From the NCBI RefSeq assembly GCF_009914755.1, contig NC_060931.1: DNA of 64,000 nt. One strand, given 5' to 3'. The position numbers were made by a program, and so were the translations under genes. Origin of the DNA: the human T2T-CHM13v2.0 reference genome, Homo sapiens. Below the pieces are notes generated by a model. The model was not told the DNA's origin. It saw only the letters and a list, made by a program, of their open reading frames with translations, and ran no database searches. Positions 1 to 17,769 of this stretch are shown one piece after another. How positions within the stretch are numbered: position 1 is the stretch's first letter; each line of letters starts with the position of its first letter.

Positions 1-84
1 AGTCAGCTGATTGAGGGATTAGTTTCAGCCAGGTCACTATTGCACTGAGAGCTACAGCATTATACTAAAGAAGAAACAATATGA

Positions 85-325
85 GGCAGTTCTGTGCAGT
101 GGTTAAGGCCACTTAACCTGGATTCAAAACGACTTGTTTTGAAAATTGGCTCTGCCACTTACCAACTAGGTAATTCTGGGCAAGTTACTTAACTTGTCTT
201 TGCCTCTCTATTTCTGTAAAATAGGGATAATAATAGTATTGCCTCATAATGTTATTGTGTGGATGAAATAGACAACATATGTGCAGCTTTAGCAAACCTG
301 GCATGTAAAATGTGCTCAATAAAGA
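85..325 (+). mobile_element. MIR SINE
   Basis: MIR core-like text (gcagtggttaag...ctctgccacttac...gggcaagttacttaac...ctgtaaaatagggataataatagta...tgctcaataaa). Confidence 0.75.
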
Positions 326-1034
326 GTTGAGGCTTTTGTTATTGTTAGTATTGTTATTCCTCACGTGGTCTATCAATGGACTCTCATTAACCGAGCAAAT
401 TCATTTAGTGCAGCCAGAAATGAATTACACATTACTCTGTGAAATGGTCATGGAGTAAAAAACTGCCTATGGCCTTTGTATACCACCCTTTCTCTTGTTT
501 TTTGTTTTTTGTTTTTCTGGTTAACTCTTCTTCACCCACTAAGAGTTATCTAATATATCACATCTAGCAAACTTACCTGTCCTCAATGGCTTCCATGGCT
601 TCCTAATTTCAGTATTAAGAACTGAGGCTCTTGACATTGTTTGTGTTAGTTTTAACGTGACTTTAAGCATGTTACACAAAGTATCCAAGCACCAATTTCT
701 CCTTCAGAAAATGGGAATAATACACAATTGTCTGTCACTGAGGCAGTATAAAATTTAAATAAATAATGTACATACAATAATGAGCATGATGCCTAGTGAG
801 TACTCAATAATTAACAGAGATTCTTAGATTAGATACTAATCTTGCTGTGTCATTATTACCTGCACAATGATTGAAATATTCTATTCATTTGTTTGTGACA
901 CAGTAAATATGTGAATTAGAATATAAGATCTAAGATGGCAAACTACATCATCTTAGCCAAGGATCTCTAAATCTTAACTTCCCCAATTGAGCTAGAAGCA
1001 TTTTGCTCTATAGGTTCTGCCTAGCTTTTGCTCT

Positions 1035-1247
1035 AGGCTTGTCATTTTTTTCTATAAATGGTCACACAGTAAACATTTTTGGTGTTACTAGCCAGTCTTT
1101 TGCACAGAATATTTCTCTCTGCAATGTGAAGCCAAAGCAGCTATAGGCAATCTGTGACCAAATGGGTACAGCTGTGTTCCAATACAACCTTATTTACATA
1201 CATAGAACACTGTTGTATTTGGCATGCCAGCCATAGTTTGCTGACAG
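1035..1247 (+). mobile_element. MER58-like hAT-Charlie DNA transposon fossil
   Basis: ttttctataaatgg...aaagcagctatagg...gctgtgttccaata...ccatagtttgctgac resembles the recalled MER58A consensus. Confidence 0.6.
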
Positions 1248-1911
1248 ATTCCTTGCAGATTACACTATAATTATCTATGACTGTTTTCCCTCATTTTCAA
1301 CTATATGATCTTATTTTTCACTATGTTGAAACTCCTGCCACATCTCTATTTTAGAACTTCTGTGTGTTCTAATCTGTACAATAATAAACCAGAGTAATAT
1401 AATATTCCAATTATAACTGAATGAAAAATGAGTTTTTGTTAGAACTGGAGATACCTTCTCAGTGATTTTGAAGATTTTTTAATATAAAAAAATTCCAAGA
1501 AAAGTGGGTCTCCTCATTTTGGTGAAGATGGAATGAGAGTCCTGGAGCCCCACCCCCAGATTCTGGGACAGCTGCCAACTGGCAATCATACCCAGTAAGT
1601 AGGGCTGACTTAGCCCAAGAAGGTATTTCCCGGTTAAAAAAAACAGGCAATTATGTGAAACTAATAGAGCTTAGAATCTTTGAAGAATCTGATGGTGCAT
1701 TGCCCTTGCCTACACTTCTCTGGCCTGGCAGTCCTCATAGTTTATTTCCTACATGTAGTTGTGTCATTTTGTCAGTAAAGCAGCACTTGGCACCATTAAA
1801 ACCAAAATGTTAAATTTATTTTATACCAGATATAATGTTAATTTTGTACATAAAACTCTACTTTGCAAACTGAGATTCAATAGTAACATCCTATTCAAAA
1901 AAACATGCTTT

Positions 1912-2243
1912 GGCTGGGCGCGGTGCCTCACGCCTATAATCCCAACATTTTCGGAAGCCCAGGCAGATGGATCACCTGAGGCCAGGAGTTCAAGACCAGC
2001 CTAGCCAAGATAACAAAACTCTGTCTCTACTAAAAATAAAAATAAAAATAATTTTAAAAAAAAGAAATACAAAAATTAGTGGGGCAAGGTGGCTCCTGCC
2101 TGTAGTCCCAGCTACTCGGGAAACAGGCAGGAGAATCACTTCAAGCTGGGAGGCAGAGAGTGCAGTGAGCAGAGATCATGCCACTGCACTCCAGCACTCC
2201 ATCTCAAACAAAACCAAACAAACAAACAAATAAACAAAAAAAA
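1912..2243 (+). mobile_element. Alu (S/J-type) with expanded middle A-rich linker
   Basis: ggctgggcgcggtg start, two arms, (CAAA)n tail, flanking aaaaaaacatg TSD. Confidence 0.95.
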
Positions 2244-2559
2244 CATGTTTTTTTCTTACTTGCAGGTTTTATCTCTATAATTGAAAAAATAAAACTCAAG
2301 GGGGAAGGCATAAATACCAGTTAATACTGATCTTATATTCTACAGTTGATTGTATGAGGCATATTAACTCCCAAAACTTAATACTATGCTCATTATACTA
2401 CTATTAGTTAATGTTATATATTCTAGTGAATATATTATTTTTATATATTCTATAGTTTAAGTTCAGTGGAAATCAGAAAACCTGATGCATTGTTTTATGC
2501 TGGTATTTTGTCTTTTTCTCCACAAGCACACATGTGATTTTATTAAATTCTTCTTCCCT

Positions 2560-2873
<314 letters not shown>

Positions 2874-5494
2874 TAAGGATCCTGAGACATAGGAACAAAT
2901 AATTTAAAATTTCAGCTCAGTGCCATTAAGAGCTCTTGTTTTACCCTTATAAACCATTTTCTGGTAGATTACTCGCTCATTTGACTCCTAATTAATATGC
3001 TGTTAACTTCTCTGTCCATTGCTCTTTTTTCACTTTGTCTACATCGTTTCTTGCATGATTCATTCTGTCCCATGGCCTATTTATTATTCTTACCCACCAA
3101 ATCATAAATGTGTATCCCCAGTCCTGATCTTCTAACTGAGCCTAAGATCCATATAACCAACCTCTGAACCCAGCATGTCCAGGACTTCACATATACCACC
3201 CACAGCACACACAGTTTTCCATGATTTGAGCTTTGTAAATTCTCAGACTCTACTCCTCACACTTCCTGTTTCACACTTATATATCATTAAAACTGAACTC
3301 CACTCCTACCTCATTATACATTTGTGTTAACTTCAGGGTATTAAAATTATATCCAACTTTATCTTACCTACTAAGCTATGAACTCATTGAGTTCAATAAT
3401 TCATTAACTCCAAAGCTTTATTTATTTATGAAGATCCAATACCTAACTTGGTGTTTAATAATGATAATGAATATTGTTTGAGTTGAACCGAACTAAAATA
3501 CATCAAACTCAAGCCTCCTCTGATATCCACAGTTATCTAGCTCACTGGTGGATGTTAGGGTGTGTTGGTGCAAATTGTAATACTCTATTCTTATCCATAG
3601 GTGGCAGCAAGCCCCTAAAATTAGGGGGAAAATGGGCTGTGCATAGATAGGAGGATATCTATATCTATCCAAAAATACTAAGCAAGGGAAGAAAATACAA
3701 TCTATTAACTTGGGAGCTCCTTAAGTGAGTGTTTCTGTCTTAATTACTCAATATCCCCAGGGTCCCTACATACTTCATTGTCTCACTCCTTCCAGACTTT
3801 TCTAAGTGCCGTTGTGTTGGTCTCTACATCTGTTTGCTGGTAGCTGAGAATAACAATGAAGTTGATTAAATTTGGTTTTGGTAATATATTTTTCTCCGGA
3901 CAAACCTCTCTCTTGGCTGTTCCCGAAGTACCTATCACCCATTCTATATGGCTTTTCCTGAATTACTTTTCAATTTATTTCTAATACATGTTAATTATTT
4001 TTTACATATTATTACATAGGATGTATTATCTATATATGTCCTATGAAGTATTTGTACCATAATACAGAATACTCTTTAAAAAAAAAATGACAAAAGTTAC
4101 CAAATTCTTTCCATTCTTCTATTTCCTAGGTAACCAATCCTTACCACGTGACATGCATCCTTCTCCATATTTATACACACTCATAAAAAGTGCACACACA
4201 CACACACACACAGGAATTTGAGGTGGTTTTGGTTCATTTTTTAAAAAATGAGCTAGTGTTGTCTTAATTTGTGTAAAATAGTTTTCTACCTTAAAACAGA
4301 TACTATACATTCCTCCGGGTTCATATGTGTACATCTAACTTATTTTTAATAGATACAAAGTATTCCACAATGTGGACATACCACAATCCAATCAACATTT
4401 TATTCTTTATAGATAAACAAGTTAATACCAGTTTCTGAGAGCCCCCTCCCTCAGAGTTTCATCACACAGATACTTTACAATTTATCTGGAGAAATTGTCT
4501 TTAAGAAAAAAAAATGGTCTTTTTCTCTCTGTGGAAATCATATATAAACAGAGACTCCAAAGCATTTTTTATTTTTAATTGTGTTGATATTGCCAAATAA
4601 GTTTCTGGAATGCAATAATTAATATTCCCATAAACATGATCAGGAGTAAACCCACAGCTAACATCATACTCAATGGGGAAAGACTGAAAGCTTTCTCCAT
4701 AACCCATTTATGCCTGAGGTTGCAACTTTTTGAATTTTTGCAATCAGACCTTGACAATAACCTTGAGCAGTTGGATATAAATTATTCCCATATGCTTAGT
4801 GTTCCGATAATGGGACACTAGGCATAAATGGTTTTAAGCTCAAGAACATAACAAGAATGTCTGCTTTCACCATTGCTATTCATTATTGTACTAGTAGTTC
4901 TAGCCAGTACAATTAGATAAGAAAAGGCATCCAAATTGGAAGGGATTAAGTAAAACTATCTCTATTTACATATAACATGATCCTGCATATAGAAAATCCC
5001 AAAAAAAATCACAAGAAAGCTATTAGAGCTAAGAAATGTGGTTAGCAATGTTGAACAATATCAATAAACGAAAATCAATTTTGTTCCTATAATATTTGCA
5101 GTGAACAATGCAAAAAGGAAATTAATAAAGCAATTTCATTTACAATAGCATTTAAATAATAATATACATATTTAGGAAATAAATTTAACCAAAATTTGCA
5201 AAACTTTTGTTTTATAGTTTACTTGAAAACTATAAAGCATTGTTGAAACAAATTTTGAAAAAACTGAATAAATGGAGCAACAACTCATGCTCATAGGTAA
5301 GAAGACTTAATATTGTTAAAACATTAACTCTATCCAAAGTGATCTACAGGTTCAATGCAATCCCTATCCAAACTGCCACAGCTTTTTAGCAGAAGTGGAA
5401 AAGATGATCCTCAAATTCATATGAATTGCAAGAGGCTTTGAACAGTCAAAACATTTGTTAAAAACAAAACCATAGTTGACCCACACTACCTGCT

Positions 5495-6143
<649 letters not shown>

Positions 6144-6299
6144 CTGCCCAAACTGATTAAAATGCTGGTTTTATTACAAAACTAAATAATCAAAACAGTG
6201 TGGCACTGGCATAAGGATAGACACATAAATGAATGAAATAGAATTCAGAATCCAAAAATAAACTCATACACCTATGGTCAATTGATTTTTAACAAAGAC

Positions 6300-7182
6300 C
6301 ACACATCTGATCTTTGACAAACCTGACAAAAACAAGCAATAGGGAAAGGATCTCCTATTCGATAAATGGTGCTGGGAAAACTGACTAGCCATATGCAGAA
6401 AACTGAAAATGGACCCCTTTATTACACCTTATACAAAAATTAACTCAAGATGGATTAAAGACTTAAGTGTAAAACCCAAAACCATAAAAACCCTAGAAGA
6501 AAACCTAGGCAATACCATTCAGGACATAGGCATGGGCAAAGACTTCATGATCAAAATGCCAAAAGCAATTGCAACAGAAGTCAAAATTGACAGATGGGAT
6601 CTAATTAAACTGAAGAGCTTCTGCACAGCAAAAGAAACTATTATCAGAGTGAACAGACAACCTCCAGAATGGGAGAAAATTTTTGCAATCTACCCATCTG
6701 ACAAAGGTCTAATATCCATGACTTACTATAAAGACACATGCACACATATGTTTATTCCAGCACTATTTACAATAGCAAAGTCATAGAACCAACCCAAATG
6801 CCCATCAATGACAGACTGGATAAAGAAAATGTTGTACATATACACCATGGAATACTATGCAGTCATAAAAAGGAATGAGTTCATTTCCTTTGCAGGGACA
6901 TGGATGAAACCGGAAGCCATCATCCTCAGCAAACTAACACAGCACAGAAAACCAAACACCACATGTTTTCACTCATAAGTACGAGTTGAACAATGAGAAC
7001 ATATGGACACAGGGAGGGGAACAATACACACCAGGGTCTGTTGGGGGCTGGGGGACAAGAGCAGGAAACTTAGAGGACAGGTCAACAGGTGCAGCAACCA
7101 CCATGGCACACGTATACCTATGTAACAAAGCTGCAAACTCTGCACATGTATCCCAGAACTTAAAGTAAAATAAATAAATAAA
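6300..7182 (+). mobile_element. 5'-truncated L1PA (ORF2 C-terminus + 3'UTR) with an internal deletion near 6717
   Basis: ORF 6409-6786 is L1 ORF2 ([18 protein letters not shown]) and jumps from KGLIS to YKDTCTHMF; aacaaagac TSD on both sides. Confidence 0.9.
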
Positions 7183-7898
7183 CAAACAAAGACACCAAGT
7201 CTAGTCAATAGGAGAAGAATAGTCACTTCAAGAAATGGTGCTGGGCAATTGAATTTCTACATGTCAAGGAATAAAGTTGAACCCCTTTCCCCATATTGTG
7301 TGCAAAAATTAACTAAAAAGTGGGTTAATGACCTAAATATAAGAGTTAAAGCTATAAAACTCATAGAATAAAATTTGGATTTGACAATGAGTTCTTAGAT
7401 ATGAGACCAAAAAAACACAAATAACAACAACAGAAAAGACAGGATGGACTTCATCAGTATTAAAAACTTTGTGACTCAATGAGTATTATCAAGAAAGTGA
7501 AAAGACAATCTACAGAATGGGAAAATATATTTGGAAATTATATATATGATGAGCTTAATATCAAAAACATACAAAGAACTTCTACAACTCAACAACAAAA
7601 AGATAACCTAATTACAAAATGGGAAAAAGCTGAAATAAACATTGTTCCAAAGAAGATATACAAATGGCCAATAAGCACATAAAAAGATCCTCAACATTGT
7701 TAGTTATTAGGAAAACACCAATCAAAAGTGTAATTATACATAGATATAGACATAATAGCAACCATAGCTATACCACTTATTATTTATCATCTACCTTTCT
7801 GTCACTATTGCTTATACCTCATATTCTATATAAATGAAGAGCTTCAATTGCTTTTTATGGCTGAATAATATTCCATTAAAGTATACATATTACATTTT

Positions 7899-10206
7899 TA
7901 ATTTAATTTTTTTATTTCAAATAGCTTTTGGGGTACAAGTGGTTTTGGGTTACATGGATGAATTACAGGGTGGGAAATTCTGAGGCTGAGATTTTAATGC
8001 ATCCATCACCCGTCACATTGTAGCCAATATGTAGTTTTTTATCCCTCACCAACTCTCCTCTATCCCCCTTTTGAGTCTCCAAAGTCCATTATATCACCCT
8101 GTATGCCTTTGCGTATTCATAGCTCAGCTGTCACTTATAAGTGAGAACATACGGTGTTTGGTTTTCCATTCCTGAGTTACTTCACTTTAAATAATGGCCT
8201 ACAGCTCCATCTAAGCTGCTGCAAAAGACATAATTTCATTGCTTTTTATGGCTGAGTAGTATTCCATGGTGTATATATACCACATTTTCTTTATCCACTC
8301 ATTAGTCAATGGGCATTTAAGTTGGTTCCAGATCTTTGCAGTTATGAATTGAGCTGCAATAAACATATGCGTGCATGTGTCTTTTTCATATCATGACTTC
8401 CTTTCTTTTGGGTAAATACCCAATAGTGGGAATGCCAGATTAAATGGCAGGTCTAATTTTAGTTCTTTAAGTAATTGCCATACTGTTTTCCATAGAGGTT
8501 GTACTAATTTACATTCCCACCAGCAGTGTATAAGTGTCACCCTTTCACTGTATCCACACCAACATCTATTGTTTTTCGACTATTTTATAGCGACCATTCT
8601 TGAAGGAGTAAGATGATACCTCATTGTGGTTTAATTTTCATTTCCCTGATCATTAGTGATGTTGAGCATTTTTTCATATGTTTTTTGGCCATTTGTATAT
8701 CTTCTTCTGAAAATGTCTATTCATGTCATTTGCCCAATTTTTAATGAGATTATTTGTTTTTTATTTTCATGATTTGTTTGAGTTTCTTATAGGTTCTGGA
8801 TACTAGTCCCTTGTCAGATGCACAATTTGCAAATGATTTCCTCCCATTCTGTGGCTTGACTATTTACTCTGATGATTTTTTTTTTTTTTTTTGCTGTGCA
8901 GAAGCTTTTTAATTAATCAGATCTCATTTATTTATTTTGTTTTAGTTGCATTTGCTTTTGAGATCTTAGTCATGAATTCTTTACCCAGGCCAATGTTCAG
9001 AAGGTTATCTTCTAGAATTTTTGTGGTTTCAGATCTTAGATGGTAAGTCTTTTATCCATCTTGTGTTGATTTTTGAATAAAGTGAGAGATAGGGATCCAG
9101 TTTTATTCTTCTACATGTAGCCAGTTTTTCCAGCACCATTTATTAAATAGGTTATCTGTTTCTCAACTTATGTTTTCTTATGCTTTGTCAAAGATCAGTT
9201 GGTTGTAAGTATTTGGCTTTACTTCTGGGTTCTGTATTCTGTTTCACTGGTCTATATGCCTGCTTTTATATGAGTACCATGCTGTTTTGGTAGTAGCCTG
9301 CAATATTAAGTTAGGAGGCAAGACTTGACTCTGGAGGGAGGGCTCAGATACCAGACCAAAATGGAGGACTAGATAAAACAAGGCTGGGGCAGAAGCAGCT
9401 TTTCATAACACAGGCCCATCAGTGTGCTGTGTCAGTTTACCATTGCCACAGCAACACCTGGAAGTTACTGCCCCTTTCCACAGCAAAAACCCAACAACCC
9501 AGATGTTTCCAACTTTTTCCTAGAAATTTCTGTATAAACCATCCTTTAATTTTCATATAAGTAAAACTGGGTATAAATATGAGTGCAGAGCTGCCTCTGA
9601 GCTGCTATTCTGAGCATACTGTCTACAGGGCAGCCCTGCTCCTCAAGGAGCAGTACCTCTGTTGCTGCTGTACACTACCGCTTCAATAAAAGTTCAACAC
9701 CACTGGCTCACCCTTGAATTCTTCCCCTTGGAGAAGCCAAGAACCCTCCCAGGCTAATTCCCAGTTCTGGGGTTTGCCTGTCCTGCATCAGTATGATTTG
9801 AAGTCCAGTAATGTGAAGCCTCAAGATTTGTCCTTTCTGCTTAGGATTGCTTTGGCTATTTGAGGTTTTTCTTGGTGCCATTTGAATTTTATGATTGTTT
9901 TCTCAAATTCTATGAAAAATAATGTTAGTATTTTGATGGGAATTGCATTGAATCTGTAGATTGCTTTGGAAAGTGTGGTCATTTTCACAATATTGAGTCT
10001 TCCAATCCATGAACTTGGGGTGTGTTTCCATTCGTTTGTGTCATCTATGATTTCTTTCAGTAGTGTTTCGTAGTTTCCCTTTGTAGAGACCTGTCACTTC
10101 CTTGGACATGCTTATTCTTAGGTATTTTATTTTCTTTTTGCAGCTGTTGTAAAAGGTTGAGTTCTTGATTTGATTCTCAGTTTGGGCATTGTTAATATTC
10201 TTAATG
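7899..10206 (-). mobile_element. 5'-truncated L1PB-type LINE, interrupted by an LTR
   Basis: L1PB-like 3' end (caaatagcttttggggtacaagtgg), reverse-strand ORF2 similarity, 36-bp flanking direct repeat. Confidence 0.85.
9307..9790 (+). mobile_element. ERV1-class solo LTR (MER41/LTR47-like; subfamily uncertain)
   Basis: ~480-bp insert breaking the L1; gtcagtttaccattgcc...ggaagtta motif, TATA, aataaa, gaattctt...ccaagaaccctc, ends in CA. Confidence 0.7.
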
Positions 10207-12319
10207 GAATAATATTTCATTAATGTATACATATTACATTTTGTTTATTCATTCATCTGTTGATGGCAACTTGGAATGTTTCCATCTTTTGACTAATTTG
10301 AATAATGCTATAATGAACACTGGCATACAAGAATGTATATCTATATATTCATCTACCTATCTATCTAATTTGGATTCAATGAGAAAATAAGGTATGTGTG
10401 GCATGAACAGCCCCTCTTCCTAATCTTATACTCCTTTTGCTAATCTTATACTCCTTATACTCCCCAAGCTCCCAAGTCTATTCCCACCACCAGAAGCAAA
10501 AAGCTAGTCTTCTGGTGGAACAGCGAGTCTGTGAAACAGCAAGGCATGTTCCACAAAATTGTTCTACCAAAAGTTGGGTCTGATTTCTAGTTGATTCAAC
10601 ATCTCAGTTGTTTAACAGTTTGCCAAATTGCTATTGTCAAAGCTACTTGTTAGTAATTCAAGGAATTAAATTTTTGTGTAATCAGGCCACAAGTACCCAT
10701 ACTGTTACTTCTGATTTATTTTCTTTATAGGTGCAGTCTATGAAAAACCTTGGTGCCTATTCTTTTTTTCCTAAGCTTACCACAAAATCACAAAGCATAA
10801 AGGAATTCTCATAATAAGTAGCCTACAAAACCTAGAGAGTAAAGCAGCCAGGGAGAAGAAAAAAGGAGTCCACTAAAGGTGAAGTTCAAGGATAATGATG
10901 GAGTTGGAGAATTACAGTAACAAGATGTTAATGAGCATGTGTCTTCTCTAAAGGAAGAGAGAAACATTTTATACTGTTAAAAATCAAATAAAGTCTTGTT
11001 TATATCTGCCAGTGTCTACAGTAATAATGGCTATATATCATTCATTATATTATGTCAAAGTATCCATTTTAATTTAATTTAATTCAGTCAGTAAACATTT
11101 ACTGAGACTATGGTATCCTAGGATCTTATGAATTTCAGAAATTTATGGTCTATAGAATTATGCCATAAGTTTCTTCCAGCTCCTTTTATACTTGAAAGAA
11201 TAATGAGGTTCAGTAATAACATAGTATCAACATTAAGAGCAACAGCCATAGCAACAACGAAACAATTCTCAGGAAGGCTTTTCCTTAGACTATTTGGAAA
11301 AACAAATTAGAAAATTTTTTTTTATTTTATTAAATCAGCATTAGGTTCTTGTTTCTAATATATGCCTCAACAACTGCCAAACATTTTACTAAGAAATAAT
11401 TACCTAATGCAGCGATATTACCTTTCATGGGTTTACATATATAATTTGAATAGTCATAATTTTATTTCATTATTTAATGGCATTACTGTATTAGTAATGT
11501 TTATGTCATAAAATCAAAATGTTATTACTAAAAAATACAATAAATTCCAAGAACTTTAAATTATAATGAATAAGAAGAAAACAGGTTTGTGTTTGTGTGT
11601 GTACATTTGTATGTGTGCCAATGTCAGTTTACAGCTGTAAATACTTTTTAAAAAGACAAAGCATGTAACTTACAGACCTGACATCTGATTCTCATGTGAC
11701 TCACTCTGATTTATTGTGTGCCATATGGCTTATTTCACCATATTTTTAATTCTGGCATGCTATGAAACACCTTTATTAATTATATTATAGAAAAACAGTC
11801 CCTCATTCATGTGAAAATAGAAAATATTTTGTTTCACCTACAGGCCCCACAAAAAGACTAATATTTCAATGAATAATTTTAATCTCTTCCTATCCTTTAG
11901 GTAGAAATAATAAACTTAATCTATCCTTGGGCTTCTAAATTTTTTCCTCTTTTTAGTTAATAACTATATATTTAGAGAACACGAGGGAAACATTTTAAAA
12001 TAGCAACTTGTTAAAGGTTAATATATCAAGAATAACATGATTTATTTTTGCCTGTCTTTATTTTCTTATTTTATTTTGATAATAATGTCAATACATGCTT
12101 TGAAATAAGTGTTTTGGGAAGTCTGATATAAAATTCTAAAAAGCTAAAAAAAATGACCAATAGTCACAGTAGCCAGAGACAACTACTCTTAACATTTTGT
12201 TTTTATTCATCCACTTTTTAATATTTTTGTTACATCATACTTGATCCCTCAGCATAAAAAAAAATTTGTAAACAGTAATGTTTTGGGTTTGGAGGTTGTT
12301 TGTTTGTTTGTTTGTTTGA

Positions 12320-12562
12320 ATGTGGTAGATTCAGAGTAAGCAGACTTCTTACTGGGTGGGTGGCTCATCCCAGAGCAAGCATCCCGAGAGAACGATGTGG
12401 AAGCCAAATGGCCTTTTCTGAAATCACATAGTATTTCTTTTACTGTATTCTACTGGTGGAACTGGTCATAAACTTGCCCAGATTCAGAGGCGGGTACAAA
12501 GACCTCCTCCTCTCAATAGAAAGAGAGTCGAAGAACTTTGGTCTATGTTTTAGAACCACTAT
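12320..12562. mobile_element. Old MLT1 (J/K/L-like) LTR fragment
   Basis: cagacttcttac...agagcaagcatcc...tgtattctactggt...cccagattca...ccacta resembles old MLT1 LTRs. Confidence 0.5.
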
Positions 12563-13449
12563 AATATGGTAAGACAAACTAAAACCCAAAGTCATAAATG
12601 ACACTAATTTAATAGAAAAAAATCTATAAACGTTTCCACAGTGAAAATGTCTGTGCTGTTTCTTACCCTGTTCCTCTAAAAGAGCTCATATGATATCTTT
12701 CTTACATTTAAGTATGTGAGAATATTCATAAACTTCTCCAATAAAATTAAGTTCCACAATAGGAAATAGATTTTAGAGGTATTTTAGGAGTAAAATAGGA
12801 AAGAGAATTTAGAGGTATTTTAAGGGTAAAAATTTGGAATCTTATCCCTCATAATTACTATGAATAACAGCCAAAATTACTGATAACTTGCTTTGTGTCA
12901 CGTGATGTGCAAATATATTTATTAGCATTATCTCATGTAATTTTCATAAGATATTTTAAAACACTTATAGTGAAAGTTATACTGTGGAATATTCTGCAAT
13001 AAAGTAAATTGGATCTAATATGTATTAATTTGTAGAAAAGTCCATCATATACCAAGTGAGAAAGGAAGTTTCACAGTGCATTATATAAATATTTATTTGT
13101 TTGCAACTGTAAATTAAAATATTCATGTCTGTCATTCTAAATGATGGTATTAGCTTAGAAAAATGTCTATAGGAATACTTATCAAATTGCTATAGTTGGT
13201 ATCTTAAGGAGTTGGAAGTGGAGTAGGAAAGGGCATTTTAATGTTTGCATAGACTTCAAATTGTTAGAATGCATATAGGTGTTTATATATTGCTTCTGAA
13301 GTAATAAAACAAATTAATATAAAATTTTTTTTGAAGGAAAAGAATTAGGCCAAAAGAAAACTGAGAGAAGGAAACATAAAACAAAGCCAGGAGTCTAATC
13401 AGGAAGATGGCCAAGTTTTCCAAACCAATGTAAGAAGTGCTGTGGGAAT

Positions 13450-13862
13450 CCAAAGTGTCTGTCAACAGATAACTGGATAAAGAAAATGTGGTAAACATAT
13501 AAATGGAATGCTATTCAGCCACACAAAAGAATGCAATCATGTCTTCTGCAGCAACATGGATGGAACTGGAAGCCATTATCTTAAATGAAACAACTCAGAA
13601 GCAGAAAAACAAATTCCACATATTCGCACTTATAAGTGGGGACTAGAGTGTACACATGGGCATAGAGTGTGGAATAATAGTCGCTGGAGGCTCAGAAAGA
13701 TGGGTTGGTCAGGAGGATGAGGTGTGAGAAATTACTTAATGGCTACAATGTTCACTAATTGAGTGATGGTTACCTAAAAGCCCAGACTTCACTAACATAT
13801 AATATATCCATATTACAGAACTGCACTTGTATCCCTTAAATTTATACAAAGAAAATAATAAA
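13450..13862 (+). mobile_element. L1PB4-like 3' end
   Basis: gataaagaaaatgtgg...aaaagcccagacttcac...ctgcacttgtatccc and an A-rich tail. Confidence 0.8.
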
Positions 13863-14984
13863 ATGTTTTATTTGTCATTATTAAGATTAAGAAGAGCTAT
13901 TTCATGTTTGTAATTTAATGGTTATGGTTTGGTACTTAGTTTGAAGACTGTTAGAGCTTGATTATAATTTGTTTAAAATGGCTTAAAATATTATTACAAG
14001 CAGAAAACCCTACTCAGCCATTGGCAAGTGTATTTGGTAGTAAAATTTCTGACTATTTTCAAAGAAGAAAATTATTTATCAGAATCATTTTGGGCTTAAA
14101 ATTTTTGACTTAGATTTTGGTCTAGACATGTTTAAGGACAATGCATGTTAATTCAGCTAACAGAAATAAATTTTAGTATAGCGTATATTGTTTACTACAT
14201 ATGCACCGAAAAAGTCAATAGATTTGACTTTCAAACATCTGTTGATAATGTGAAAAACAGCTCATAAGAAACAGTTATTCAAATTCTAAGATACACATTC
14301 AGTTAAATAACATCTTTGTTATATGTATTAAATGCACTGTATGTCATTCTCTCTCTTTTGTATTTAATGATAGCCACTAAGGGTCATATGACAAATATAT
14401 AAGGTCACTTCATATAAGGTCACTCAACCTTTTTTATTTTGGTATTTGAAAAAACTGCCTTTTGGCGAAAATACTAGCAGATCTACCACCCTGAAATGCA
14501 GGCAGTTCTTTGTGTTTATTCTGGGAAGGACCCCTATGGAAGGGCCTGTTAGTAGGAGTTACTACTTCCTCATTGTTTCTGGGGAATCATACTGCAGTGA
14601 AACGTTCCAAAGCAGATGTTTCAGACCAAGAGACAAATGTTAAATCAAATGCAAGAACAGCCCATATGCAAACAATAATCCTTTTTCCCCAGGAGATAAC
14701 CTTAGAGATGCCTCCAGCCTAGACTGGAGGAAAAATAGTCCAGCAGCAGCAGAACTGGAGTTGAAACGGTAGGTAATGTAGGCTGGACTGGCCGTGCTCC
14801 ATTAATCATTGTGCGTATGTGTGTGTATGTATTTGAGTACACATAAGCCAGGCTTAGTCAAATGTATCGCCATATACTTAGACAGTCTTCTCCGGGTCAC
14901 AGAGCAGATTCTTCCCTGTGGTGGTGGTAGAGGTACCCACCTGAAGAAAAGGCATGTGTTTTTACTGTTAAGAAAACCAGTAAG

Positions 14985-15344
<360 letters not shown>

Positions 15345-15884
15345 TTATCCTTGGAGAATAGGAGGGAATTGGGCCTAGACTCTGAGGTGAGAAAATGCCT
15401 GGAGCACTCAGTGGTGGGTGAACTGGCTTCTGTCTCAGAGAATGGTGAATAGCTAGGCAGACAGCCTGCCTCTGAAGACTGAGGCAGGTGGAATTCACCC
15501 TGTAAGTTGTGTTTCTGTTTTAATCTAACACTGCAACAAATTCCAGATGTTAAAAGTCACAGCCCCTTCTCAGCTGTTCTGTGAAAAATATGAGCACACG
15601 GAGTCCTCCCTATACCAAGGCCTATGAGGCCATCAGCAATAGTGTCTCTAGAAGAATAGCTGTGGGCATTGCTCTGGATTAAACATGAGCCGACAGCCTG
15701 GAACACTGAAAAAGCTAGGAGAATGCTTAGGACTGATTTCTACTGGGGTTTAGAGCTGCAGTAATTACAATATAAATAAGCGTTACCTTATCTTGTATCA
15801 GAGACCACAGTGGCCATATATAAATAAGGATTCAAACATTCCAATATTGCACTTTCATACCATTTGTTAAATATTCTCACCAAA

Positions 15885-17769
<1,885 letters not shown>

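Noticed and set aside
10420-10465. Short local duplications (ctaatcttatactcctt; also 24178-24205 and 31290-31365)
   Set aside because: Ordinary slippage products with no further structure.
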